The notes beneath the pieces were generated by a model that saw only the letters and a program-made list of their open reading frames with translations, was not told the origin of the DNA and made no database searches. A stretch of 64,000 bases of DNA from Nitrospinales bacterium (lineage in GTDB: Bacteria; Nitrospinota; Nitrospinia; Nitrospinales; VA-1): positions 1,472,001 to 1,536,000 of the forward strand of contig CBDCWG010000012.1 in NCBI GenBank assembly GCA_965223345.1, given 5' to 3'. A program made the translations under genes and the position numbers. Positions 1-9,313 of the stretch are shown here, piece after piece (within the stretch, counting starts at the first letter, position 1; each line of letters starts with the position of its first letter).

Positions 1-2
1 AG

Positions 3-578
3 TGTCATGAGAAAGGGTTGCGCATGGACTGGCGCGGTAGCCCGCACGAGGCCACAGGAGTCAGTTGCACCAATTGCCATTATGTGACGAAAAAAAGAAG
101 CAAGCGAACGCTGTTTATATATGAGGATTCCAAAAACGCTTGCTTCCAGTGTCACCGTGGTTTGAAAGCCAAGTTACTCAGAAATTCCCACCATCCTTTG
201 CGGGAAGGGAAAATGGATTGCGCGAGCTGCCACAACCCTCACGGCGGCCACGGTCCCAGCCTTCTCAAAATGGCGACCGTCAACGAAACCTGCACTAGTT
301 GTCACCAGGAAAAACGAGGCCCTTACGTTTGGGAACACGCGCCCGTAAGAGAAAGTTGCCTCACTTGTCATGAAGCGCATGGATCGAACTTCAGTCGCCT
401 TATGAAACGCAAGGCTCCCTTTATTTGCAATGAATGTCATGTGAGCGGAGGCCACGTGAGTTCTCTGAAGGATGGCTCGGCTCTTGGTTCACAGTTTTTC
501 AGAGGTAAATCTTGTCTGAATTGCCATAGCAAAATTCATGGATCAAACCATCCCTCCGGGGCTAGGTTGCAGCGATAG
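3..578 (+). CDS. mtrA: MtrA/DmsE/PioA-family multiheme (probably decaheme) c-type cytochrome, 5' end outside window
   Basis: Seven complete CxxCH motifs plus a partial one (CHEKG) at the window edge; C-terminal CLNCHSKIHGSNHPSG-RLQR typical of the MtrA family; followed by a beta-barrel gene. Confidence 0.9.
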   Translation, partial: CHEKGLRMDWRGSPHEATGVSCTNCHYVTKKRSKRTLFIYEDSKNACFQCHRGLKAKLLRNSHHPLREGKMDCASCHNPHGGHGPSLLKMATVNETCTSCHQEKRGPYVWEHAPVRESCLTCHEAHGSNFSRLMKRKAPFICNECHVSGGHVSSLKDGSALGSQFFRGKSCLNCHSKIHGSNHPSGARLQR

Positions 579-657
579 TGAAAATTGACTGAGATATTTG
601 TTCGCACCGAATGGGTTCGCCTGATTGGCCGGAAATGAAATCAAAGAGGGCAGCGTC

Positions 658-2763
658 ATGATTCCGAAACAGTGGCCGGTATGGATGGTTCTGATTTTAT
701 TGGTCCTATGGCCCGGTTCAGCCTATTCTCAAGAGGGCCAGCCTGCTACAGAAAACATTAAAGGATCGGTTACGCTGGGTGGCGCTGGGGTGAGCCTGAA
801 TAGGGAATCTTTCAAGTTTGGAGAGTACACGGGAATCGAAGACACAGGCGGATATTTTGTCGGGGAAGCGGATCTCAGTTACACGCGGGATACCTACTAC
901 GCGGATTTTTTTATCGACAACCTGGGGCTGGAAAACCGAAATGTCTATTTTGAAGTGGGGGAGTTGGGTAATTATAGTGGATTTGCAGAGTTCGACCAGC
1001 AGCCCCATCTGCTCTCAAATACCGGAGAAACGAGCTTTCAGGGAGTGGGCGGAACAAATTTGACCGGCGGCTCCAGTGTGGGGCCATTTCGTCCCTTCGA
1101 TCAGGATACGAATACCGATTCCATTCACGTTGGATTCAAAAAGACCATCGGCAAGGATAATGACTTTTTTATGTCTTACCGCCGGGTGGAAAAAGATGGA
1201 ATCGAGGACCTGGGCGCCACATTTGGTTTCGTGAATCCCACGATTCTTCCCGATCCGGTGGATCAAGTCACGAATGAGGTGCGAGCGTATTTGGCTCACA
1301 ACGGGGAAAAGATGCAGGTAAAACTTGAGTATTTTCTTTCTCTGTTTGAAAACAAGAACCAGTCCATTTTCTTCAACAATCCCTTTGCGGCGGGGAATGG
1401 GTTGATTTCACGTGATCCCGATAACACCTACCACAAGGTGAGCCTGTCGGGAGGAATGAACCTATCGTCCACCACCCGGGTTACGGGGATCGCTGAATAC
1501 GGAAGGATGAGTCAGGGTGAACAGCTGCTCGGCTTCAGTATTAATCCTGCTGCGGTGGTCGCAACTCCAGTGCCCAGACAAAGTGCGGATGCAGGAATAC
1601 ACACCATTCACCTGGGCCTCAAGCTAGCAACGCGACCGTTGCCGAAATTGTCTCTGGGAGCAAGTTACAAATTTTATCAAACGATCAATGACACTCCTAG
1701 TCAACTTTTTCTATACATCCCCAATGATGGAACAGCCCAGAATGCCATCACGGCTTCGAACGCCTTGTTTACCCAACCGTACGATTATATCCAAAATAAG
1801 GCCGGACTGTCCGCTGTTTATCGTGCTCCGCTGAGCACCACTCTGAAACTGAATTACGATGTGGACTGGCGCAACCGGGACCGTCGCGCCGTGGAAAATA
1901 CGGTGGAGCAGATCACGAAGGCGAGTGTGCGGTTCGGTCATCTTGATTTTATGGAAACCTATGTTCATGCTTCCTATGCCAACCGGCGTGCTGATGAGTA
2001 TGACTCCAGCCAGGTTTTCAACACCCGCCACACAGCGCAGTTCATTGGTACGGGTGCCACGTTTGATGTGTTTCCGGATCTGGCGCAAACGGACATTGCC
2101 AACCGCGAACGAATTAAGGTTGGCACCGATCTCAATTTCTTTCTCTTCCCTGTCATTCCAGAACTGACTTTTGGCTTGAGTTACTTTTACATCGACAACG
2201 ATTATCCCAATAGCACACTGGGGCTCACCAAGTCTACGAATCACAATGTCTCATTCGACATCACTTATGCGGGTAAGTATGAAACTTTTTATATGTACTA
2301 CTCGTATGACGATGTTGATTCCGAACAGGAAGCAAGAGTGGTCAACGCGGATTTAGGCACCAACTACCAGACCGACCATGACGACAACACACATACCGTG
2401 GGCGTGGGAGGTAAGCTTGGATTCATGCAGAATAAGCTATGGGTGGGGGCGGATTATTCATTTTCGCAGACCATCTCAGATATCAGCTTTCTTGCCGAGC
2501 CAGGCGCCGGGGCCGGCGTCCCGTTGGATGATATCCAAGCGACACTGCACACCGTCAAGCTCAATTCCTATTATCATCTCGATGATAATATCGATGTTGG
2601 TGTGAAGTACCAAGGGCAACGCTACGACGCGGATAATTTTTTCACCGATGGAATCAGTCCGACCTCTCCGGGATTGGTTTTATTCCTCGGTGCCTCCAAT
2701 CCCAATTATTATGCTCATTTGGGATTGGTTTACGCTACCTACCATTTTGGCGGCCGCAATTGA
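658..2763 (+). CDS. mtrB: MtrB/PioB-family outer-membrane beta-barrel associated with decaheme cytochrome
   Basis: Signal peptide (AYS-Q), N-terminal KFGEYTG motif, PVDQVT and PDN..H motifs, amphipathic beta strands, aromatic C-terminus; adjacent to the MtrA-like gene. ATG at 658 preferred over TTG at 625. Confidence 0.85.
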   Translation: MIPKQWPVWMVLILLVLWPGSAYSQEGQPATENIKGSVTLGGAGVSLNRESFKFGEYTGIEDTGGYFVGEADLSYTRDTYYADFFIDNLGLENRNVYFEVGELGNYSGFAEFDQQPHLLSNTGETSFQGVGGTNLTGGSSVGPFRPFDQDTNTDSIHVGFKKTIGKDNDFFMSYRRVEKDGIEDLGATFGFVNPTILPDPVDQVTNEVRAYLAHNGEKMQVKLEYFLSLFENKNQSIFFNNPFAAGNGLISRDPDNTYHKVSLSGGMNLSSTTRVTGIAEYGRMSQGEQLLGFSINPAAVVATPVPRQSADAGIHTIHLGLKLATRPLPKLSLGASYKFYQTINDTPSQLFLYIPNDGTAQNAITASNALFTQPYDYIQNKAGLSAVYRAPLSTTLKLNYDVDWRNRDRRAVENTVEQITKASVRFGHLDFMETYVHASYANRRADEYDSSQVFNTRHTAQFIGTGATFDVFPDLAQTDIANRERIKVGTDLNFFLFPVIPELTFGLSYFYIDNDYPNSTLGLTKSTNHNVSFDITYAGKYETFYMYYSYDDVDSEQEARVVNADLGTNYQTDHDDNTHTVGVGGKLGFMQNKLWVGADYSFSQTISDISFLAEPGAGAGVPLDDIQATLHTVKLNSYYHLDDNIDVGVKYQGQRYDADNFFTDGISPTSPGLVLFLGASNPNYYAHLGLVYATYHFGGRN

Positions 2764-2856
2764 TTTTCTAGCTTAGTTGAGATTCGGTAAAACTCCTTGT
2801 TTCATCCATTTCAAATAATTTTCTAAAAACCGGACACTATATGGGGTGGTCTTCGA

Positions 2857-3357
2857 TCAATTGGAGGAAGGTTCTTCTTTATTGACAACGTGGAAAAAGA
2901 TGACATCCGTGATCAGGGGAACATAAAGGATATGATTTCCATAGGAGAAAACCCCTCGGATGGTATGAGGACCATCTTCAAGATAAATCTTTCTGCAAGA
3001 TTCACCATTACCCAAGTGTATATAGTTTTGGTCCTTGATCATGGGTTCTGAAAGTACATCAGGACCTGGCAGGGGGACATCGACGAGAACGTGGTGATGG
3101 CCTTTCCCTTCATTATTACCGTTGATAGCTGGTTCCACCTCAAATCCATCGATACTAAAACAAATTTCAACGGGACTGGAAACGGTTGAAGACGGTGCTG
3201 GTTTTGTGACTTTTAAGACTCCATCATAAAGCTGATGCCCTGTGATATTGGTAATGATTTCATCTGTTTTCATGCACGAGTGTGTGTGACATCCCATGAA
3301 TGAAAATATCAAACCGAAAGCCAGAACTTGGATGCGTGTTTTCATAATAATCGCCAT
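2857..3357 (-). CDS. DUF4399-like exported/lipoprotein
   Basis: Lipoprotein-like signal (FMGC), GHHHVLVD and HLGNG...L..GPHT motifs. Confidence 0.65.
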   Translation of the reverse strand: MAIIMKTRIQVLAFGLIFSFMGCHTHSCMKTDEIITNITGHQLYDGVLKVTKPAPSSTVSSPVEICFSIDGFEVEPAINGNNEGKGHHHVLVDVPLPGPDVLSEPMIKDQNYIHLGNGESCRKIYLEDGPHTIRGVFSYGNHILYVPLITDVIFFHVVNKEEPSSN

Positions 3358-3444
3358 GGTTGAAGGAACTATTTTCTTTGAGACAGTCGAAAATCAAAAA
3401 ACGATCAGGATATGAGTTTTTTGTGAGCAAGGTTCTTATAATTT

Positions 3445-6042
3445 TCAACGAGCGCAACGGAACCCGATGTCGCTGCTGCGGTTTTTGGGTACTACAAAAT
3501 AGGAACTTTCTGGCATCACGAAATGAGAATCGTCCATCCACGAACCGCCGCGTAGAACTTTAAAATTGTGATCGTGGGTCTGATCGATCCATTCCCAGAC
3601 ATTACCTGCCATGTCATACAGACCGAACTTATTGGGTGAAAAGCTGCCTACGGGCGCGGTTTTCCTGTAATCAAACTTGCTGCCGCAGCCGCCACAATTG
3701 GCTTGGTTTTCACCTAGCTCGTTGCCCCAATAGTATTTCGAAGCTGTACCACCTCGTGCCGCTTTTTCCCATTCATCTGAGGTGGGCAGCCGTTTCCCAA
3801 CGCGTCGACAGTATTCTTGGGCTTCCTCCCAGCTCACCGTTTCAACAGGAAAATCGTCGCCTTTGAAGTGGGAAGGGTTATTCCCCATAATTTTTTCAAA
3901 TTCTTTTTGAGAGACCTCATGGGTGTCGATATAAAATTCTGGTAGGGACCTGGTGCCTGTGGAACTATGTTTTCCCACAACGTATTCCCCCGCAGGAATC
4001 AGCACCATATTTCCCATGCCCGATGAATCTTGCTTAGAGGATTTAATATTTTCAGGATCGAGTCGGGCCACTTCCGGGTTCTCTCTGCTTTCTCTCTGTA
4101 ATCGTTCCTCTTCCAATCTACGTGCTTCCGCTTCTTCAGCCAGGCGCTTTTCCTTGGCGAGTCGTTCCTCTTCCAATCTTCGCGCTTCCGCTTCTTCAGC
4201 CAGGCGCTTCTCCTCGGCGAGCCGTTCCTCTTCCAATCTACGTGCCTCTGCTTCTTCAGCCAGGCGCTTCTCCTCAGCGAGCCGTTCCTCTTCTTCCAAT
4301 CTGCGCGCTTCTGCTTCTTCGGCCAGGCGCTGAACTTTAAGACGGAAAGCTTCTTCCTTTTGTTTCAGCTGCTCGCGTTTAGTTCTAAGTGCCTCGCGCT
4401 CAGCGATTATCCAATCGCGTTCTTTTTTTTGGGATTCAATTTCAACAGTGATGTGCTTTCTTTTTTTCTCTATCTCAATCTCTTCCTCAATCTGTTTGAT
4501 TTTGGAAAGGGCGAAGTCTTTCTTGGGATTGTTTTCCGGATAGGTTTTCAAAAATACCTGCCACGCCGAAATTTTTTTGTCTGACCCTATGTCTTGCTGA
4601 TCCATATCCATGAGTGAGGAAAACTGATTTTCGATCTCCTCATGAAACTTTTTATTTTTCAATTGCTGAATTCTTTTCTGAGCGATGTCCAAATAAGAAT
4701 TATACTTTGGGTACTTTTTCATGAAATCCTGCCAGGAAGAAATTTTATCATCCAATGGACCTCTTCCCTGGTCTAGCTCCATAAGACTGGCAAACCGGGT
4801 ATATATTTCCTCTTTTTGTGGATCGTTTTCGTTGGCAGATTTCTCATTAAGATTTTTCAGAATTCTTTTTGCCTCTTCTACGCGATGATTTGTGGGAGGA
4901 TACAGGGAGATGAAGTCCTTCCAGAGTTTTATTCTGGTCTGTTTGGATGCGGTATCATCAATAGTATCCAATTCCTTGAGCTTCTTGAAATGTTTTTCGA
5001 TACGGCGGCTGCGTTCTCCACGGCTAATTGACATTTCTTGAGCCATTGCAACCACACTATCCAAAATACGACCCGTATCTTTGCGGTCATCAGTTAGAAC
5101 GGTGGTTCCGGAATCTTCATCGCCGGAATTAGCGGGAGCCCATTTAACAGGGAAAACGAAATCTCCCTTGTTCAATAATCGGTTCTGAATTTTTCCATAC
5201 CGTGGAGTCTGGGTGCGGCGGCTCAGGTTTGTGACGGTTTCTTCGATGAACAACCCCAATTCAGAACCGGTAACGTATCCATCATTGTTGCCATCGGCTT
5301 CACCTTCAAGGGCCGATATGAACTGCCTTCGGAAGATGCTGATGTCGGGAACGACTTGGTTCGAAGTGCCGGAAGTGATGAATTGCCGCACGGGTTCCCC
5401 GGTTCGTTGCTGAATATCTTGGGGAATGGCCCGGCTGAGTCCGAAAAGTGTGCCGGAAAAACAGCTGTCAAAAACGAACATGGCGTGCTTTGCCTCGATG
5501 GTTAAGGCGATGCCTTCAATGGCACGCATGCTCAAGGAATGGGCGAAAAACTGGGAAATGTCTTCTTTGGGGTCTGGTGCATCCCGGCCGACAAGATAGC
5601 CCATCCATTCTTCGGGATCATTGGTTGCGTAATTGGGTTTGTGGGTGTGACCATGCCCGGCATAATAAAACAGCAGCCGGTTTTCTGGGTTGAGCCCGTA
5701 ATTCAATACAAAATTCTTGAACGCGGCTTCGAGTTGTTCTTGATTTGGATCCTCGACCGTCACGACATGAAAGCCCACTTTTTCCAGAACCTTTCTAACA
5801 GCCACAACATCCTCTTTGACTCCGGGCAGGCGGGGCCAGCCTCCGGTGTAGTCGCTGACACCAATCACCAAGGCATGACTTTCCTCGTACAGAGTGATTT
5901 GATTTCCTTTATCGTCGTTGACAGGGACGGAAACGATGCCGCGGCTCAATGCCAAGGCAATGGAGATAGACCCCAAAAGAAAGACTCCACTAAGGACAAT
6001 GGTAAAAAGAATAGAGGAGAAGAGCTTTTTCATTTCAATCAC
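3445..6042 (-). CDS. Secreted caspase-like (peptidase C14) domain + helical repeats + coiled coil + FGE-sulfatase/C-type-lectin-fold domain
   Basis: Signal peptide; ALVIG, YAGHG and DSCFSG (His/Cys dyad); C-terminal RLPTSDEWEKAARGG, NKFGLYDMAGNVWEW, RGGSW, GFRCAR. Confidence 0.9.
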   Translation of the reverse strand: MIEMKKLFSSILFTIVLSGVFLLGSISIALALSRGIVSVPVNDDKGNQITLYEESHALVIGVSDYTGGWPRLPGVKEDVVAVRKVLEKVGFHVVTVEDPNQEQLEAAFKNFVLNYGLNPENRLLFYYAGHGHTHKPNYATNDPEEWMGYLVGRDAPDPKEDISQFFAHSLSMRAIEGIALTIEAKHAMFVFDSCFSGTLFGLSRAIPQDIQQRTGEPVRQFITSGTSNQVVPDISIFRRQFISALEGEADGNNDGYVTGSELGLFIEETVTNLSRRTQTPRYGKIQNRLLNKGDFVFPVKWAPANSGDEDSGTTVLTDDRKDTGRILDSVVAMAQEMSISRGERSRRIEKHFKKLKELDTIDDTASKQTRIKLWKDFISLYPPTNHRVEEAKRILKNLNEKSANENDPQKEEIYTRFASLMELDQGRGPLDDKISSWQDFMKKYPKYNSYLDIAQKRIQQLKNKKFHEEIENQFSSLMDMDQQDIGSDKKISAWQVFLKTYPENNPKKDFALSKIKQIEEEIEIEKKRKHITVEIESQKKERDWIIAEREALRTKREQLKQKEEAFRLKVQRLAEEAEARRLEEEERLAEEKRLAEEAEARRLEEERLAEEKRLAEEAEARRLEEERLAKEKRLAEEAEARRLEEERLQRESRENPEVARLDPENIKSSKQDSSGMGNMVLIPAGEYVVGKHSSTGTRSLPEFYIDTHEVSQKEFEKIMGNNPSHFKGDDFPVETVSWEEAQEYCRRVGKRLPTSDEWEKAARGGTASKYYWGNELGENQANCGGCGSKFDYRKTAPVGSFSPNKFGLYDMAGNVWEWIDQTHDHNFKVLRGGSWMDDSHFVMPESSYFVVPKNRSSDIGFRCAR
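4103..4330. repeat. Coding tandem repeat, about 4 x 60 bp (RLAEEAEARRLEEERLAEEK)
   Basis: Units start at 4103, 4163, 4223 and 4283; the last carries one extra codon. Confidence 0.95.
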
Positions 6043-6440
6043 CCCTTAATAAAGATCAAGACGATAAAAATGGCATGATTGATTTAACGATCTCCCGAAC
6101 TCAGTTTTCCAGCCCTGCTACGTTGCCCTAAGAACCGGATATTTGTGGAGGGGGAGGCCGATCATATTATTTCCGGATTTTGGGTCAATTGTGGTTGCTG
6201 TATGGTAAATCCTTATACCTTATAAACCTTGTTAGTCCCATCTTTCAATTAATTTTCAATCTACAAGGCCCCACTATACGGGCCAGTATTTTCCCGATTT
6301 CATGAATTATCTAAATAATATCTGTCCTTTTTATTTCTAATCAATTGTTTACGTCAGAAAAGGACTATTCAACTGATGAATGGTTGCTGGTATGCTTGGT
6401 AAAAAGCATTCATTTAAAGTACTTTCCTTAAAATCTGAAA

Positions 6441-6471
6441 GAGGTGGCCCAGTTGGTTCCGGGCCACCGCC
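6441..6471 (-). terminator. Hairpin closing the small-secreted-protein operon
   Basis: GGTGGCCC...GGGCCACC stem directly after the stop at 6475, with a short U-rich tail on the minus strand. Confidence 0.6.
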
Positions 6472-6474
6472 TAT

Positions 6475-6840
6475 TCAGCGAGGAACTGTTACGAGTGGGA
6501 ACCTCTCGGGTCTATTCGGTCTCCAAGGATTGCCCGTTGGAGGGCGGGGATGGTTCATATATAAACAGGGGTGATTGCTGGTGGGGTCGATCCTGAATTT
6601 CTTGCAATATTCATTTAAGTCTAGAACAGGGGGGGAAGGGTAGGTCGGATCTTCTACACACGGCGACGGATAAGTTTTGATCCAAACTTTGTCCCCGCAG
6701 GGAGGCTTGGGGGGCGGAAATCCGTAACCTGGCGGAGTAGTCGGATCATGAGGAACTTCCCATGCCTGGCTGCTTCCCGTCATTGCCAACGCGAAAGCCA
6801 TAATCAATGCCAATACACCGAGTGACGTTATTTTTTTCAT
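6475..6840 (-). CDS. Small secreted Pro-rich protein with 4 Cys (array member 7)
   Basis: RBS AAGGGG before ATG 6840; signal peptide ending SQA-W. Confidence 0.75.
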   Translation of the reverse strand: MKKITSLGVLALIMAFALAMTGSSQAWEVPHDPTTPPGYGFPPPKPPCGDKVWIKTYPSPCVEDPTYPSPPVLDLNEYCKKFRIDPTSNHPCLYMNHPRPPTGNPWRPNRPERFPLVTVPR

Positions 6841-6983
6841 TGTTCTAGTCCCCTTAACTTTATGAATTACAGGTGGTTTGACTTTCCTTTGTTTAAATAA
6901 TTCTTCAACCAGATCCAGAATGCTTGATAAAGGCTTAGATGAAAGCAAAACTCATTGCTTTTCAACGTCTATTCGTACTTGAA

Positions 6984-7394
6984 TTAAAAGCAAAACTCCT
7001 GTTGTCCCAGTTTGCATAGTTCCAACCGGGTTTCCTGTTTCTGAAGCTCCAGGTCGGATATGATCCTGGTATTTTCCTGCTGATAACTCGACCGGGCTCT
7101 TCCGTCCGCCCCGGAGAACGCATTGAATTGCGGTCTCCCGACCGAGGACCCGCCGAAGAAACCGCCCATTGCCATCGAACTTTGATCGAAACTCTGTTGA
7201 TAAGGCTGGCGGTAAGGATGGTTTGCAGGAAGTTCGGGTCTTTTCTCTGAAAAATAAGCGTTTCCTTCTGCGGGAGCGGGAACCACTTGCACCGCTTCGG
7301 CTTGAGCCGAGACTTCGGTCGCAGACCACCCCCCTCCCAAAAGGAACCCCGTAATGGCGGCAACTAAAATCAATCGACTCCTGGGCTTATTCAT
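6984..7394 (-). CDS. Small secreted protein with C-terminal Cys pair (array member 6)
   Basis: RBS within CTTGCTAAGGGAGG; N-terminal hydrophobic signal; ends LCKLGQQEFCF. Confidence 0.75.
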   Translation of the reverse strand: MNKPRSRLILVAAITGFLLGGGWSATEVSAQAEAVQVVPAPAEGNAYFSEKRPELPANHPYRQPYQQSFDQSSMAMGGFFGGSSVGRPQFNAFSGADGRARSSYQQENTRIISDLELQKQETRLELCKLGQQEFCF

Positions 7395-7614
7395 TTTAGT
7401 TCCTCCCTTAGCAAGAGCTAAAAATCAATGGGTTTATAATATTCTTCTGTTTGGGGGCAACGCATTGCCCGCCTCCTAAACCGGTGAAATGGTGCTTTCC
7501 CGCAGCCAGCGACAGGATCGAGCTGGCACCGGTTTATTGGACGAATCTTCTGGCCCGGGTTGGTCTCCTTGCAGGAGCTTTTGGCACCGGCTTCCCCCCA
7601 ACGATTATGATTCC

Positions 7615-7833
7615 CTACTTTGCCCCTGTATCCAGGTTTTGCTGTTTTGCTTTTGGGAGAGGAAACTTTATTTTCTCCCGCGAAATTATATTTTTAAGTG
7701 GAGGTTCCGGAAGAGGGTTGAATGCTTGCCTGCCTGGGGGTTCCGGTTGTGGATTAAAAGCTTCGGAATATTCTGTCATGGCAACCGACGTGACTGCTGC
7801 GATTGCGATTATTGAAATGATTATCTTTTTCAT
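7615..7833 (-). CDS. Small secreted peptide with two FNP(Q/L)PEPP motifs (array member 5); TAG may be premature
   Basis: Leader CTTGCTAAGGGAG; signal MKKIIISIIAIAAVT...SEA; frame stays open 26 codons past the TAG to TAA at 7534-7536. Confidence 0.75.
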   Translation of the reverse strand: MKKIIISIIAIAAVTSVAMTEYSEAFNPQPEPPGRQAFNPLPEPPLKNIISREKIKFPLPKAKQQNLDTGAK

Positions 7834-7952
7834 TTGAATCTCTCCCTTAGCAAGGATTGATACAGTTATTAAAATACGGCTGCTTCGGTGAGATTGACCA
7901 CAAACCTCTGCAGCCGGTGATGCAAAGTTTTACGCGCAGCCAGCGACGATTC
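7834..7952 (-). repeat. Conserved intergenic/leader element, copy A (copy B about 8745-8850; diverged copy about 7395-7515; short copy 8308-8336)
   Basis: Minus-strand GCGCGTAAAAC..TGCATCACCGGCTG...GTATTTTAATAACTGTATCAATCCTTGCTAAGGGAGA is nearly identical in copies A and B. Confidence 0.85.
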
Positions 7953-8055
7953 TGTCGCTGGCTGCTTGATCTATGCACACATTTCCATTCAAGAATTCTT
8001 AATCAAAGATAGCCAATTGTTATTTGGCGGATTTGTCTCTTAGTGATAAATATCG

Positions 8056-8307
8056 TTACCGTTTGCAAACCCATCGCGTTCCTGCAGGTTGTCCGTATTT
8101 ACCTAAAACGACAATGGCTATCCATTTCCCACCGCTCAGCTGACATGCCAGACGCGGGTTCAAATACCTATTTTGCAATATGTTCTTTTGCGGTGTTTGA
8201 GGTTGTAGTCTGTCCCCAAAAATTCCTGGACCCGCTTCACTGCTTCCGGTCATCATGAATGTAGTGACTGCTGCGATTGCAATTGTTGAAATGATTGTCC
8301 TTTTCAT
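8056..8307 (-). CDS. Small secreted cationic Cys-pair peptide (array member 4)
   Basis: Same leader and paralogous signal MKRTIISTIAIAAVTTFMM...SEA; C-x3-GG-x20-C. Confidence 0.8.
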   Translation of the reverse strand: MKRTIISTIAIAAVTTFMMTGSSEAGPGIFGDRLQPQTPQKNILQNRYLNPRLACQLSGGKWIAIVVLGKYGQPAGTRWVCKR

Positions 8308-8432
8308 TTGAATCTCTCCCTTAGCAAGGATTGATAAAATGATGTTTTGCAGAATTCACCTGAATTTCTTCTCAACAGAATGGAATCCAGGTGAATTCTA
8401 TGCAATCCATTGAAAATGAAGACACATTCAGT

Positions 8433-8744
8433 TCACCAAATTTTTCTCATGAAGCCATCGACCATCTTCCAGCAATGTACTGTGATAATGGGATCATTTC
8501 CCCACGGAGATTGAACCCAAGTCTTTTTGGGTGTTCCCCCCTGAGCAGTACACTGAAGCATTTTGTAGGTAGAATCTCTGCTTTCCGGTTGGGGTTTTGC
8601 GGGTGCAGCAGGGACCGGCCTGATTACTCTCGGTTTAGATGGGAGCCACGAAGGTTTGTCCTTATAACCCGCACTGGCGGTGCCCATCATCGTGAAAGAT
8701 ACGACTGCTGTTGTTACAAGTGCTGTGATGATTGTCTTTTTCAT
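8433..8744 (-). CDS. Small secreted cationic Cys-pair peptide (array member 3)
   Basis: Same leader; signal MKKTIITALVTTAVVSFTMM...ASA; C-x3-GG-x20-C. Confidence 0.8.
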   Translation of the reverse strand: MKKTIITALVTTAVVSFTMMGTASAGYKDKPSWLPSKPRVIRPVPAAPAKPQPESRDSTYKMLQCTAQGGTPKKTWVQSPWGNDPIITVHCWKMVDGFMRKIW

Positions 8745-8850
8745 TTGAGGTTCTCCCTTAGCAAGGATTGATACAGTTATTAAAATACGACTGCTTTGGC
8801 GCGATTGATCACACCCACCTCAACAGCCGGTGATGCAGGGTTTTACGCGC
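8745..8850 (-). repeat. Conserved intergenic/leader element, copy B
   Basis: Aligns by eye with 7834-7940. Confidence 0.85.
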
Positions 8851-8920
8851 ATGCAGAGATGGAATCGCGGCTGGATACGAATTATCTAGCTCCGGTATTT
8901 CCATCTCAGAGTCTTCAGGT

Positions 8921-9205
8921 TTACAGTGTACCAAGGTAGAAATCTTTGCTGTGACACTCCCACTTGCCGTTGCGAAGGACAACATGTGTAATATTGATTC
9001 CCTGAAATTTGTTTTGACAAAGAGTCTTTGCCATTGCGGCATTGATTTTTGGTTTGAATATCCGAACTGCCTTCGTTCCCTGTGTTGGGGCGGTGGGGCG
9101 GAAGCCTGGTTTGTAGGGAAATTGCGGGCCGGCGCTGCTGCTGCCTACCAGCACGAAAGCCGAGATTGCCGCGATGGTGATTGCAGAAACCAGTGTCTTA
9201 CTCAT
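8921..9205 (-). CDS. Small secreted cationic Cys-pair peptide (array member 2)
   Basis: RBS AAGGAG; signal ending SSA-G; C-x20-C ending GKWEC. Confidence 0.8.
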   Translation of the reverse strand: MSKTLVSAITIAAISAFVLVGSSSAGPQFPYKPGFRPTAPTQGTKAVRIFKPKINAAMAKTLCQNKFQGINITHVVLRNGKWECHSKDFYLGTL

Positions 9206-9313
9206 TTTCGTTTCTCCTTTTATTCGAATCTAGTCCCCTGTACTTGACTTGCAGAGAGCTCGGCTGAGAACTATGAGGTTATTAATAGAAATGTGAAAAA
9301 ATCACATTTAAAC

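Noticed and set aside
3445..3600. DGR variable region at the end of the FGE domain
   Set aside because: No template repeat or reverse transcriptase visible in the window
4103..4330. 60-bp repeats as a CRISPR-like array
   Set aside because: In-frame coding repeats with synonymous variation and no spacers
7395..9313. Array spacers as integron attC sites or CRISPR repeats
   Set aside because: No consistent RYYYAAC...GTTRRRY ends, no integrase or cas genes in the window, irregular spacing; repeats include the RBS and continue into signal-peptide codons
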